Source: Octopus sinensis
Lineage: Eukaryota
Direction of reading: 5' to 3'
Length of the DNA stretch: 64,000 nucleotides
NCBI RefSeq assembly: GCF_006345805.1
Contig: NC_043020.1
Coordinates: 3,968,001-4,032,000 of the forward strand
Positions within the stretch are counted from its first letter, which is position 1; each line of letters begins with the position of its first letter. Both the position numbers and the translations under genes were made by a program. Of this stretch, positions 11,579 to 22,312 are shown piece by piece. A model generated the notes under the pieces. That model was not told where the DNA came from and searched no databases. It saw only the letters and a program-made list of their open reading frames with translations.

Positions 11579-14500
11579 CTGTAAATGGAGACAAAAATCA
11601 ATATTTGGAAAATCAGAAAAGGCTTTAAGGGGTTCATCCCTTTAACATCTATTTTTCCCTGTTTGCATGGATCAGATAGAATTGGGCAGCTTTTCAATGG
11701 CTGGATGCTCTTCCTGTCCTCAACCCTCACTCATTTCCAAATAAGGAAATATTTTCCCCGAATCCTTTAAACCAATGGTTCCCAACTGTTTTTGCCTCTG
11801 GACCCCTTTATTTCTTTCAAAAAATCCCATTTATGTTTTTATATTATTAGAAATTGTATAAAAAAATAAATTAGCATTTTGTGTATTGAAGTAAAACCAA
11901 TTTACTGTGCATAAATCTAAACCTGAAAAAAATCTTAAATGGACCCCCAAAGGTGAAATGGACCCTGATTGAGAAGCACTGCTTCAAACATGGAGAAGCT
12001 CAACAGCCGGATATGTTTTCATGGAAGATTGCATACAACTAACAGCACTTATATAAACAAACATTAAATTTGTTTACAGGGTGAAAGTGTGAAAACAAAT
12101 GGAAAACACCAGAGATACACAGCCACACAATTTTTGCTTCTAGATTTGCTTTTTGAAAATATATCATCATCAACATTTAACATCCATTATCCATGCTGGC
12201 ATAGGTTTGACAGTCTCACCAGGGCTGGCAAGCTGAGGGGTTGTACCAGATTCCAGTCTGATTTCACGTGGTTTCTATGGCTGGATGCCCTTCCTAACAC
12301 CAACTACTCCAAAAGTGCAATGGGTGCTTTTACGTGCCACCAGCATGGGTGCCAGTTGCGTGACACCAGTCTCTGCCACAATTACGATTTCACTTGGCTT
12401 GACGGGTCTTCTGCTTAAGCAGAGCATATTGCAGAAGAAGGGCTCAGGCTCAATCGTTTGTCATTGCCTCCGTGAGCCCCAACAATTCAAAGTGCTTTTT
12501 ATGTGCCACCAGCACAGGGGCTAGTTGCACAACACTGGCAACCTTTACACTAAAACTCATTTTACTCCTCTTACTATCACTCATTTTCTGTTAAAAGACT
12601 CCTCCTTCAATACAATATCAAAAAAAAAATCATTGTGAAGTGGTGGCCAGCAATGGAACTGAAATGATGGTTAAATGTTGATCAGTGATTGTGGAGTGTA
12701 TTGGCGACCAACAGTTAGTGAAAGGGTTACCTTAATTTAGTGACATTGTGAACAGCAACTGTGAAATAGTTAGCATGGTAAATAGAGTGACTACCAGTGG
12801 CATTTATGTGGCTAAGAGCAGAAGTGGAATGGTTTATTATATACTTACATTATCATACCATCGAGACAAATGAAGAAACTTTTCTTTCTCTTGGAATGTT
12901 AATTCACTCTGTTAAAGAAAATAATAATAATAATAATAATTCCAAATTTTGGCACAAGGCCAGCAATTTTGGAGAAGGGGTAAGTCAATTACATTGGCAA
13001 CAGTCCTCAACTGGTATTTATTTTATTGACCCCGAAAGGATGAAGGGCAAAGTTTAAGATATCTTTGACATATTTTAAGAGCTAATGGCAAATTCACTGC
13101 AGTTAACATGGAGAAGAAGTTCTCACTCTTGGCAAAAGATGTAAAAACGCCATATTTTTTCAGTGTGTTCCCCTAGCAGACGTCTTAACCCTTTCGATAC
13201 CAAACCGCCCAAAACCGCCCGAAAAAAATTTTGGTTAATCCGCCCGAATTTACCTGTTCATATTTAAATGAGAATATCAGAGCAAATCTCTTTAGTACAT
13301 TCGTGAAAACACGTATTACACTTCATAAACAGTTCAACTACAGTTTTGTACAAAAATCGAAGTGTAATTTTAATTCCGTGAATTTTGGGAGATTTTTTTC
13401 CAAAATTTGTTCGTATTGTGTTTTCAAAATTTGTAATTCTGACAAAAAATGGATACGAATTTCATGATATCAAGCAGCGAGTCAGAATTCGAAGGATTTT
13501 CTACTGAAGACCTTGATAAATCTAACTCTATGACTGAAAAAAAAAAGCATGTGGTATTTGATAATGAATCTGATGTTTCATTTTCCGAAAGCGAAAACAG
13601 TGAATCCGAGAGCTCCGACAGCGATAAAGAAAATGAATTGGCACCTGAATGGAGTGAAAATTTAAAAACTGTTTCTTTCGGTGATTTTTCTGAAGAAACT
13701 GGACCAAGCCACAGACTTTCCCAGAAGAGTAAAGCCTTAAACTATTTCTTTTTACTTTTTCGAATGAGCCTATTTGAAATCATTACGGCGGAAACGAACC
13801 GTTACGCTAAATGTAAACAAAACGATACTTTGTGGTTTCCCATAACCTTAAATGAAATTAAGACTATTTTGCCATAAATATTATTATGGGTATCAGAAAG
13901 TTACCCAGAATAACAAATTCTATCGTAAAATTTTGTTGTATACCCAATTGAATATTAGCTAATAACCCATTTTCTATAGCGATGTTTGAACAAAATTTTA
14001 ATAATTTTATATATTGTAGAATTTACCTGTATCTACCTGCAATTAGAGTCACTTTGTGACAAAAATTATAGTCTAGAATTGGTTGAGAACATTTCATTAA
14101 ATTATCTTCCAAAATTCATGTTAATATATTGATAAATAAAAAAGTTATAATTGTTTAATGAAACCAGACTAAATTAATGATTACGTTAGAAATTAATTGA
14201 AACACATAAGGGGTGTATTTTGGTCAGAAATATAGTAACGAAAGGGTTAATGCATCTCTAGCTTTTTAGCCTTCCTCCGTAGGAGATATTGAAGAGAGAT
14301 AACCTTGGGCAGATTCCAAATCTGTAGCTTTATCTTTGAACAACCAACACCAATGACTGAGTTGCACTTGTGGACCACTTGGTCAGGATAAAAACAGAAA
14401 GAGCAGCGCTAATCAAAGAGGAACAAACCAACTTGAGAAGACACGGAAGAAAGACAATGTTTTTACACCTTTTGCCATAAGCGAGAATTTCTTCTCCATT

Positions 14501-17500
14501 GTAACTGCAATGAATTTGCCTTCAGAAGTTGAAATATGTCAAAAATATATTTTAACCTAAATAATAATAATGTTTCTCTCTCACACAACATGCTCCCACC
14601 ACCCCAAAACCACACCCACACACCCACACAGTGAACTAGTTTAAGAACCTCTACAAGGTCACTTAACCTGCTAGAAATAATGACCAAATTTCACTCAAAT
14701 GTCACACTAAAAGCTTGAAGGAGGAAGGACATACTGAACAATGTGATCCAAACTACACTTATGTCTGATAACAAAAAAAATAAAAGATTCCTGGTTAGAA
14801 CATCTTTGTTATACAGAATCAAAATGGGATGAACAGCAACAACAACAACAATACTAACAACAAGACACTCGTTCATGTGCAAAACTGAGAGAAATGGAGA
14901 CAGACAAAAGCACTCACCATTGTTTGGTGCAGAGCAAAGAAGAGCAGCAGGTCGGCCAGTGTGATACAGTTTCCAATCATATAAACTCGGTCCCTGAGGT
15001 AGGAGTTCAAATCCTAGAGAAAAAAGAAAAAAGAAAAACTACAGAAAAATCCTAGAGAAAAAAGAAAAAAGAAAAACTACAGAAGTGGGGGGAAAAAGTC
15101 ACAGAATTATGACTTTGTGTTTTGTAAGCAATTCTGGATTCAAAATTACTGACTTCACTCTGTTATAAAGTCTTCTGGCCTTAGGTGAACCTAGATGGAT
15201 CTGCTTTATAATCACGGACAATCCAAGATGACCTTCTCATCTCTTCAATATATCCATTACAATACCAGAGAAAAAAAAAAAGGATGAAATGATTTTCATG
15301 TGGAATCATCAAGTTGCAATGAAAGCAAACCATCCAGAACAGAAACTCCAAATAAAAACTGATCCCAAGAAGAGGGCACAGGAATCAGCAGCCTGGCAGA
15401 TAACCTTTTTAGTAAACAACCAGAAATATATGAAACCATAAACTACACCCAGTCTTGTAGAGTGGTTGGCAACGGGAAGGGCATCCAGCCACAAAAGAAC
15501 ATTAAACACACAACAAAGAAGGCCATGTTTTCCTCTCGTCTCACATCAGATGTAACAAAGAAAATGTTACATTGAAATAGTCTTGTAACTTGTGTCAAAG
15601 CTATCAAAACTCTTCCAAAATATCAGCAATTCAAACGAATAAAATGCTAAAGTGAATGTCTATTTTTAGTAGAATTTCAGAAATTCATTTCACTCACAGT
15701 AATATTTGTCTAACAGCTCTTTTAATCCAAGATGGTCTTTGGCCAATCTGGAGCAACTTTTCAGGACAAGAGCAACTGTCTTTTCAGCTGTTGATTTATT
15801 CCTTTGTGAAGTAATGAAAAGTAAAACTAACAACAAGGCAGACAGACAAGATACGCTGAGTTGAGTGACTTATCAAAGGTTCCAATGGTGTTGCTAGAGA
15901 TGGAGCCAGGAGTGTTTCTAGAGTAGGGTGGGGCCAATGGTGTGACTAGTGTTGGGGTCGTTCAGGGCAGTCCTTGGTTTCAATGCCTTTCATAATCATC
16001 ATCATCGTTTTACATCCGTTTTCAATGCTGGGAAGCCAGGAGGCTGCACCAGGCCCCAATCTGATCTGGCAGTGTTTCTACAACTGGATGCCCTTCCTAA
16101 CACCAACCACTCCGAGAGTGTAGTGGGTGCTTTTTACGTGCCAGTCCGGCACAAGGGGCCAGAGGAGCTGGCATCAACCACGATCGGATGGTGCTTTTTA
16201 TGTAACTTTTAAAAAACAGCACATAATACATGAAAATGCTGGCCACAGTTGACTGATCTTCTCCTGTCCCTTTCAAGGAACACAATGCAATGACTGAATA
16301 AATAAGGTATGAACTCATGACTGTGTAATCAGTGACACCTTCACCACCACCCCACCCCACTCTCAAGCCAGGACTACTCCCACCCACCCACCCACCACCC
16401 TTATCCAAACTATCAGGAATCTTATACAAGTTTAGAATGTAACCACATACAAAATATTTATTTCAAAAAATGTAACAATTTAGAAAACCAATTTAATCCA
16501 GGAAAGTGTGAAAAACTTTGATTTAAATAAGAAAGAAAAAAAGAGAAACGGAAGCAGGTGCCATCTTACCTGTAAACTAGAATATTTATCAGTTTTGGCA
16601 TCAAGGTTGAGAATCAGGTATTCAAGCCACTGGTCAACAAATGCCTGCTCTGCCGGAGTTTTACCTGCAATAATAATGATAATACATAATCATCATCATT
16701 GATTCTCTGCTGTCATGGGTTGGACGAGACTTGTTCAGTGTGTTCTATTATAGGACACTCTGCTTTCACCAACCCATACCTGTCTGTAAGGCCCTCACTC
16801 CCCACCTCTTCTCGATCACAAACTGTACAACAGCATAAACACTGAAACCATCGACACATAGTCATGGACGTGGCATTGGTTGGCACAATAATTACATCAA
16901 CGTAGAGATGAGGTGAAAACACACACACACACGATTGTCATCATCATTTTACATTCGTTTGCCATGCTGGATGGCTCAAAAGAATCCAACAGGATAAAGG
17001 AGCAAACCTTGATCAAATGTCTCGATTTTGGCCAAGCTCCTGTGGCTGAATGTCCTTCCTAACACCAAACACTTTACAGAATGTAGTCAATGCATTTATT
17101 TGCCAACAAAGAGAAGCTGCTTCGCTATCAGCAACACTAAAGACTCTCTCATCTCATAAATTCCGATTTACTCCCCATCACTTTAAATATGTAATGGAGG
17201 GTTTATTTTTGCAGCATTAACACTGTTTGGGTGGCCTTATAACTTAAAAAGAAAAAAGAGCATTTATGATGGATGGAAAAGGTTTAATGTTGAGAGATGA
17301 TGAAGGAGGAGAGAAGAAAGGGAAGAGTATTGACAGGGATTGGTGTGAAAGAGAGGATGAGGGAACAAGGTGGTGGATTCAACAGATGGACCCATGATGG
17401 GATAAAGGGGTGTTTTCCTTGACTGCATATTTCATCAGGGTCCAAGAGTTCTTAAAAGAATCACACAGGTTCATTGCTAAGAGGAGGGGAAAAACTAACA

Positions 17501-20500
17501 AAGACAGAGTTACGGAAGTGGGTAAGAGGAAGGAAAAAGGAAAAGTGGTGTCAAGGATGGTTAATGAGAGAGAGTTATATGCGACAGGACACTGAGAAAA
17601 AGGGGTCAGCAGGAGGAACTACAGGGCTCCCCTATATTATGTGTGAGGAGGTAAAGTGTTGCATGTAGGAGGGGGGTAGAGTAATGAGTAACTCTTCAAG
17701 GAAACAAGTCCAAAAGATGTGCCTTCCTTAATTACGAAAGAGCCTTGACTTGGAGATGAGAAAGTACAGAAGAGGTACAGCAAGAAGGGGAATATATGGG
17801 CAAGACTAAGTGATGGGTGGCAATAGAGATGCAACCCAGGGAAGAATGAGGGTTGGTAGAAGAGAGAGTGGAGTTGATGTGTATTGAGTAGGAGGATGGA
17901 GGGGTGGGATCAAATGCAGTGAAGGGTAATGGTGTGAAATAGAAGAGGGTGATGCAGTCAGCAAAAGTATTGGGAAGATAAGAGATAAAGGGTTATGAGA
18001 GAGAAGGAGACAAGCGAAAGGTTCTAAAGAATAAGACATGGTTTCAAGGAAGCAAAGCAAGGACAAATATAGGTTTGGTAGGGTACAAGATATCTCAGCC
18101 TCCAAACACTACCCTTCTATCACCAAACAGTATAGTCCTTTATCACATCAATTGCAGGCTTAACCGTTTCATTCCAAGTCTCCTTTGGTCTTCTTTTTCT
18201 ACAAGTTCTGCTATCTTGGGGGTAAAACTATGCGATAGGTTCTATTAAAATGGAAATCCTAAAGAGAGGTGATGGCAATGTCTACATACATACCCAACAA
18301 AGCCTGCTGGTTTGATGTCCTTGTCAGATGTTTGGCTATAGAGAGAAAGCCTTGCACATTCAGACCATTCTCCTTCAGAACAAGTACCTAGAGATAGGAA
18401 GGAGAACAACAGTCAATTACTACAATTAGTAAGAATGTTTTAAATAAAAATACAAAAACCAACATAACCAAGGACAGATGCAGTGTATCAGCAATCAGAT
18501 GAAGCTGTAGGGCATTTTTGAAACTGTTGTCGTACATGAAATTATAAAATAGCTAAATCAGTAGAACACAGGATGAACTGACCTGTGGCATTTATTCTAG
18601 CTCTCTGCATTCTGAGTTCAAATACCACTGAGGTCAACTTTTGTCTCTCGTTCATCTGGGATACTGTGATTACGGGTTGTAGTGATTATTTGTATTGTTT
18701 GCAACCTTGCACTCTGAACATGCATCCACTCCATTGTCCTACCTTTTTTTCTGTGACGTCAGTAACCATAACAAAGATAGGCAAGGTAGACTTGGTCAAA
18801 GCATAACTACCACAGGCATCCCTCTGCATTTACTACAATTGTGGCTGCAGTGAAGTCACACAAGTTAGACTTGGTCCAAGAATAACAGCCCTACACTTGA
18901 TGGCTATAGTAGAAGGGAAGGTTGCAATAGTCAGAATGCAACAGATGCTTTATTTGCATTCCATATGATATACGAGTGTCTGGGTTGCTATACAAGCATC
19001 TGTGTGGTGGCATGATTTGCTAGAAACGGCAGCCAAATTTCCATCAATCACACACTCTTGTTTCGAGAAGGAGCAACACATCAGGTGACGTAATCCTCAA
19101 TAACTATTTCAGACAAAGATAGCAACACACGCACACACATTATATATATTCACAGACCTACAAAATATATCGAATCTGGATGAAATTAGTAGTTAGGGTG
19201 TTGGCCTAACGATCAGTCATGAGTTTATTTTCTGGATTGGGTGGTGTTGTGTTCTTGAGCAAGGCACTTCATTTCACATGGTTCCAGCCTATTCAACAGA
19301 GTAACAGGAATACAGCTCACCCCTCCCTCCAGTTGATGTTTGGCTGGCTTCTGGGTGGGAGGGCCAAAATCATATCTATGTCTGTTTGCGACTACATAGG
19401 CACCTAAAACATTGGTGTTACCAATCGCAATTGACTGCGAGTGACAGCTTTGGTAAAGAAGATAGAGTAATCAGAGCTTAAATATCGGCCGACACGAAAG
19501 CTACTCTACTTCCTCCCTGAACATTAAATAAGGTGTGAAGTTAACCATAGGAGAAGAGAGTTATGTACCTTGTTTTAAAATGACTTAGTCGCACTCTGAC
19601 GAATTGGGGGTGTTGTGTATGGGAGAAGAGATAAAGGTTAGATTGGGATAGCAGTCTTTTTTTGCCAGCCATGATAATACGATAGATGACTTTAGATAAA
19701 GTTACTATCTCTAGCGTAAGTAGCGTCGACATAAGAGGCCCCGACCCTTATTTGGCACGATCGCAATAAAAGTTTTGGCACTTGAAACATTCAAAATAAA
19801 TCACTGATTCATTTAAAACAAAATGAAGAGACACGAGGCTGTCTTGAGTGACCAGACCGGAAATATACAGCAAAGAAAGTTCTATGTACACAAGTTGGGT
19901 ATCTGAAATCTAACCGGTGGGGAATTTTTAGACGAAAAAATAAAAACTGTCGGCAATCGTGTACACCCATTATTTTTTATATACACGTACATACAGAAAT
20001 ACACACACACACATCCACCTATTATCTTTCATACATAACATTGTGCGTGTGTTTCACTATTCAAGTCATGAACATTAAAATTTTTACGGAAATTAACGAA
20101 CAATCAGAGACAGATTTTGAGACCAAAAACGACTGATTGCCAAATTGTCTTAGTTGTTCTAACTTTGATAAAGCATCAATATTTATAGGTGGAACGAGTC
20201 GGCAACATTAGCTTTATATAGGGGCCCTCGTTTACAAGTGAAATCAGCTTCGTAACACGTTTTCGAGGCCCCATGCCGAAGGTCGCCATATATATATATA
20301 TATACACACACAAACAGACAGACAGCAGAATAATAATAACAACCCTTTCTACAACAGGCTCAAGGCCTGAAATTTTGGAGGAAGGGGGCAAGTTGGTTAT
20401 ATCGACCCCCAGTGCTTGACAAGTACTTATTTCATCGATCTCAAAAGGATGAAAAGCAAAGTCACCGTCAGCACAATTTGAACTCAAAACAAAGTCGGAC

Positions 20501-21051
20501 GAAATGCCGCTCAGCATTTTCTCCGGCGTGATAATAACACTGCCAACTCGCTGCAACAGCAACAACAATCATAATAATAATAATACTTAAGAAGAGTGGT
20601 CCCGGTGCGTGCACTCGCTAGTCGTGACTAGTCGATCCTTACTTTGTGTTTCTGTTTAAAAAAATTATTTGTTTTATTTACTTCGCTAGGTAGTCGTTGT
20701 AGGATCGACTAGTCACGACTAGCTAGCGCGAGTACGCGAATACGCGCACCGGGACCACTCTTCTTAAGTAGCACCAATAATAATAATAAATAGAGTAATA
20801 GTTTAAAAACTGGGAATGTGTTGGTGTTTTTAATTCCTCTGACATGATGCAATGGTTTTGGTCTGAAATCACATCCAAAACATGTCTTAACATAGATTCC
20901 CGTGTGTTTGTATGTATGTTTGTGTATATATATGGTTCCTGAGGAAGTAAAGGGTGAAAAGAATAGCTCCTACGTTGTTTTCTTGGACCAGGGCTTTGTG
21001 AGGACGTCGTAAAAACTTGGCGAGAGCGTCCAAGGGTTTCTGGTCGGCCAT
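11501..21051 (-). CDS. EEF1E1: Eukaryotic translation elongation factor 1 epsilon-1 / AIMP3 (p18), GST-like scaffold of the multi-tRNA-synthetase complex; join(20974-21051,18294-18387,16570-16664,14918-15013,12849-12908,11501-11578), 166 aa
   Basis: Six GT-AG exons with consistent phases (0,1,0,0,0), 501 nt in total. Translation MADQKPLDALAKFL...GFLSIAKHL...EQAFVDQWLEY...DLNSYLRDRVYMIGNCITLADLLLFFALH...ELTFQEKEKFLHLSRWYDNLQ...FQKNCLYGSS* matches recalled human AIMP3 motifs (VQQWLEY, DLNSYLEDKVYL, TLADILLY, QEKEKYLNVSRWF). Confidence 0.95.
11773..11981. mobile_element. hAT-type MITE (209 bp)
   Basis: TIRs CAATGGTTCCCAA / TTGAGAAGCACTG; 8-bp target duplication ctttaaac / cttcaaac. Confidence 0.8.
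12849..12908 (-). CDS. EEF1E1: EEF1E1 coding exon 5 (SELTFQEKEKFLHLSRWYDN)
   Basis: Acceptor ttttctttaacag|; donor AAT|gtaagt; 60 nt. Confidence 0.95.
13189..14246 (+). mobile_element. piggyBac internal-deletion derivative in EEF1E1 intron 4
   Basis: TTAA duplication on both sides; TIR CCCTTTCG(A/T)TAC; ORF 13449-13877 is the N-terminal part of a piggyBac transposase (acidic N-terminus, YFFLLF..EIITAETNRYA, W.P.T..E, frameshifted NIIMGIRKLP). Confidence 0.93.
14918..15013 (-). CDS. EEF1E1: EEF1E1 coding exon 4 (DLNSYLRDRVYMIGNCITLADLLLFFALHQTM)
   Basis: Acceptor cttttttctctag|; donor ATG|gtgagt; 96 nt. Confidence 0.96.
16570..16664 (-). CDS. EEF1E1: EEF1E1 coding exon 3 (KTPAEQAFVDQWLEYLILNLDAKTDKYSSLQ)
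   Basis: Acceptor ttattattgcag|; donor CAG|gtaaga; 95 nt, phase 1 to 0. Confidence 0.95.
18294..18387 (-). CDS. EEF1E1: EEF1E1 coding exon 2 (VLVLKENGLNVQGFLSIAKHLTRTSNQQALLG)
   Basis: Acceptor ccttcctatctctag|; donor TGG|gtatgt; 94 nt, phase 0 to 1. Confidence 0.92.
20591..20763. mobile_element. TTAA-flanked MITE with long TIRs starting GAAGAGTGG (Kolobok-like termini) in EEF1E1 intron 1
   Basis: ttaa|gaagagtggtcccggtgcg...cgcaccgggaccactcttc|ttaa; inner arms tagtcgtgactagtcgatcct / aggatcgactagtcacgacta. Confidence 0.8.
20974..21051 (-). CDS. EEF1E1: EEF1E1 coding exon 1 (MADQKPLDALAKFLRRPHKALVQENN)
   Basis: ATG in gcagcATGG context; donor AAC|gtagga; 78 nt, phase 0. Confidence 0.88.
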
Positions 21052-22218
21052 GCTGCCGGAAGTAAAGAACGGACAAAAGAAATAACTATAGGATCGCACA
21101 AACAGCAATTACACGCATTCATTTTTGTTTTTATCAAATTTTCCATTTATTCTCCTTTCGGTTTTCATCGTCTTTTTTTAACTTTGAATTTTTAGTTGAA
21201 TGAAATATAGATTTCAACCAAGATAAGTTAAAATTTTATCTAATTGAATCCTTTACCTGACGACATTTAGAATTCGAATGGGCTGCTTATGTCTTTAGAA
21301 ATCACCACAGCGTATAGAATGTAAAAGGCTCGGAATTTGGTGGCATTTTTCCGTCATAAGTTTCTGTTGTTTTTCTATAAATCTGTCGAAAATAAAGTAT
21401 ATTCATTTTTTTTTTTTGATAGCGAAATATGACTATTTCTCTTGGACATAAGCGGCTTGATCAAATTCCGTCAAAATTACTGAATTCTTAATAAAAATGT
21501 GACAAGATATTAATAATTCATTTGTGATGCTTTAAACACTGATCGGGAATGTAGTTATAGATATATTTTTTTTCTTATTACACTGATTGTCCATGTAGCT
21601 TTCTGCTTTTTATGTTAAAGGGATTTGTTTATGTTTAAGGAACATAATTAAATACCAAAAGCTATTTCCCCTGAAGCCCTACTGATTCTGTCATCAAGTC
21701 GTTATAAAATTTCGCGTATAATTAATAAACATTCTTGTATATTTAGTGATTCGTTTATCACTGTTTCCGTTATTACCACGGAGGTGAGGGGAAAACGATT
21801 CGCTAAGAAGGACAGAATAAGGCTGGTCACATAACACCTAATAAAAAAAAATGTCTGGAGTTGTGTCCCGTGCTTACCCAGCAATCGGGACATTGATATT
21901 TAATAAGTATTCCCTTTTTTATTTTATTACTCTTCCTATAATTATTTCTGTTTTAGTTTTCTTTTCATTAATAATCTTCGTTATTAAATATGTTGACACT
22001 AAGTTGAAAGCGGATATTTTTATAGTGACATTAGCGATGAGTGAAATCACGTAGTGGCGAGAAAACGCGAACGAGAAGTTAGGATATCTCATCATATGAT
22101 TATAACAGGTTCCTCCTCCGACCCGAAACCTTCACGTCGGTTCCTCCTCCGCGATTCGCCTTCGGTCCGCTTTATTCGATTTCTGTTGGCTATTTATTGA
22201 ATTGCATTCCTTTCCATC
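21052..22218. promoter_or_regulatory. Putative bidirectional promoter between EEF1E1 and ATP6V0B
   Basis: Divergent start codons 1167 nt apart. CpG-richer than the flanks. ETS-like CCGGAAGT at about 21056-21063, and a direct repeat GGTTCCTCCTCCG at 22108-22120 and 22139-22151. Confidence 0.7.
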
Positions 22219-22312
22219 ATGGATCGTTCATCGAAGAAGACAATGTCTTACAGTTATGGCATAATCTACAGAGTTCTTGCTTCTATTGCAATAACAATAT
22301 TGATCATGGTCT
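22219..22312 (+). CDS. ATP6V0B: ATP6V0B coding exon 1 ([31 protein letters not shown])
   Basis: ATG in ccatcATGG context; donor TCT|gtaagt; phase 1. Confidence 0.88.

Noticed and set aside
13449-13877. Domesticated PGBD-like gene
   Set aside because: Frameshifts before the catalytic domain, which is deleted; TIRs and TTAA sites are intact, as for a non-autonomous transposon.
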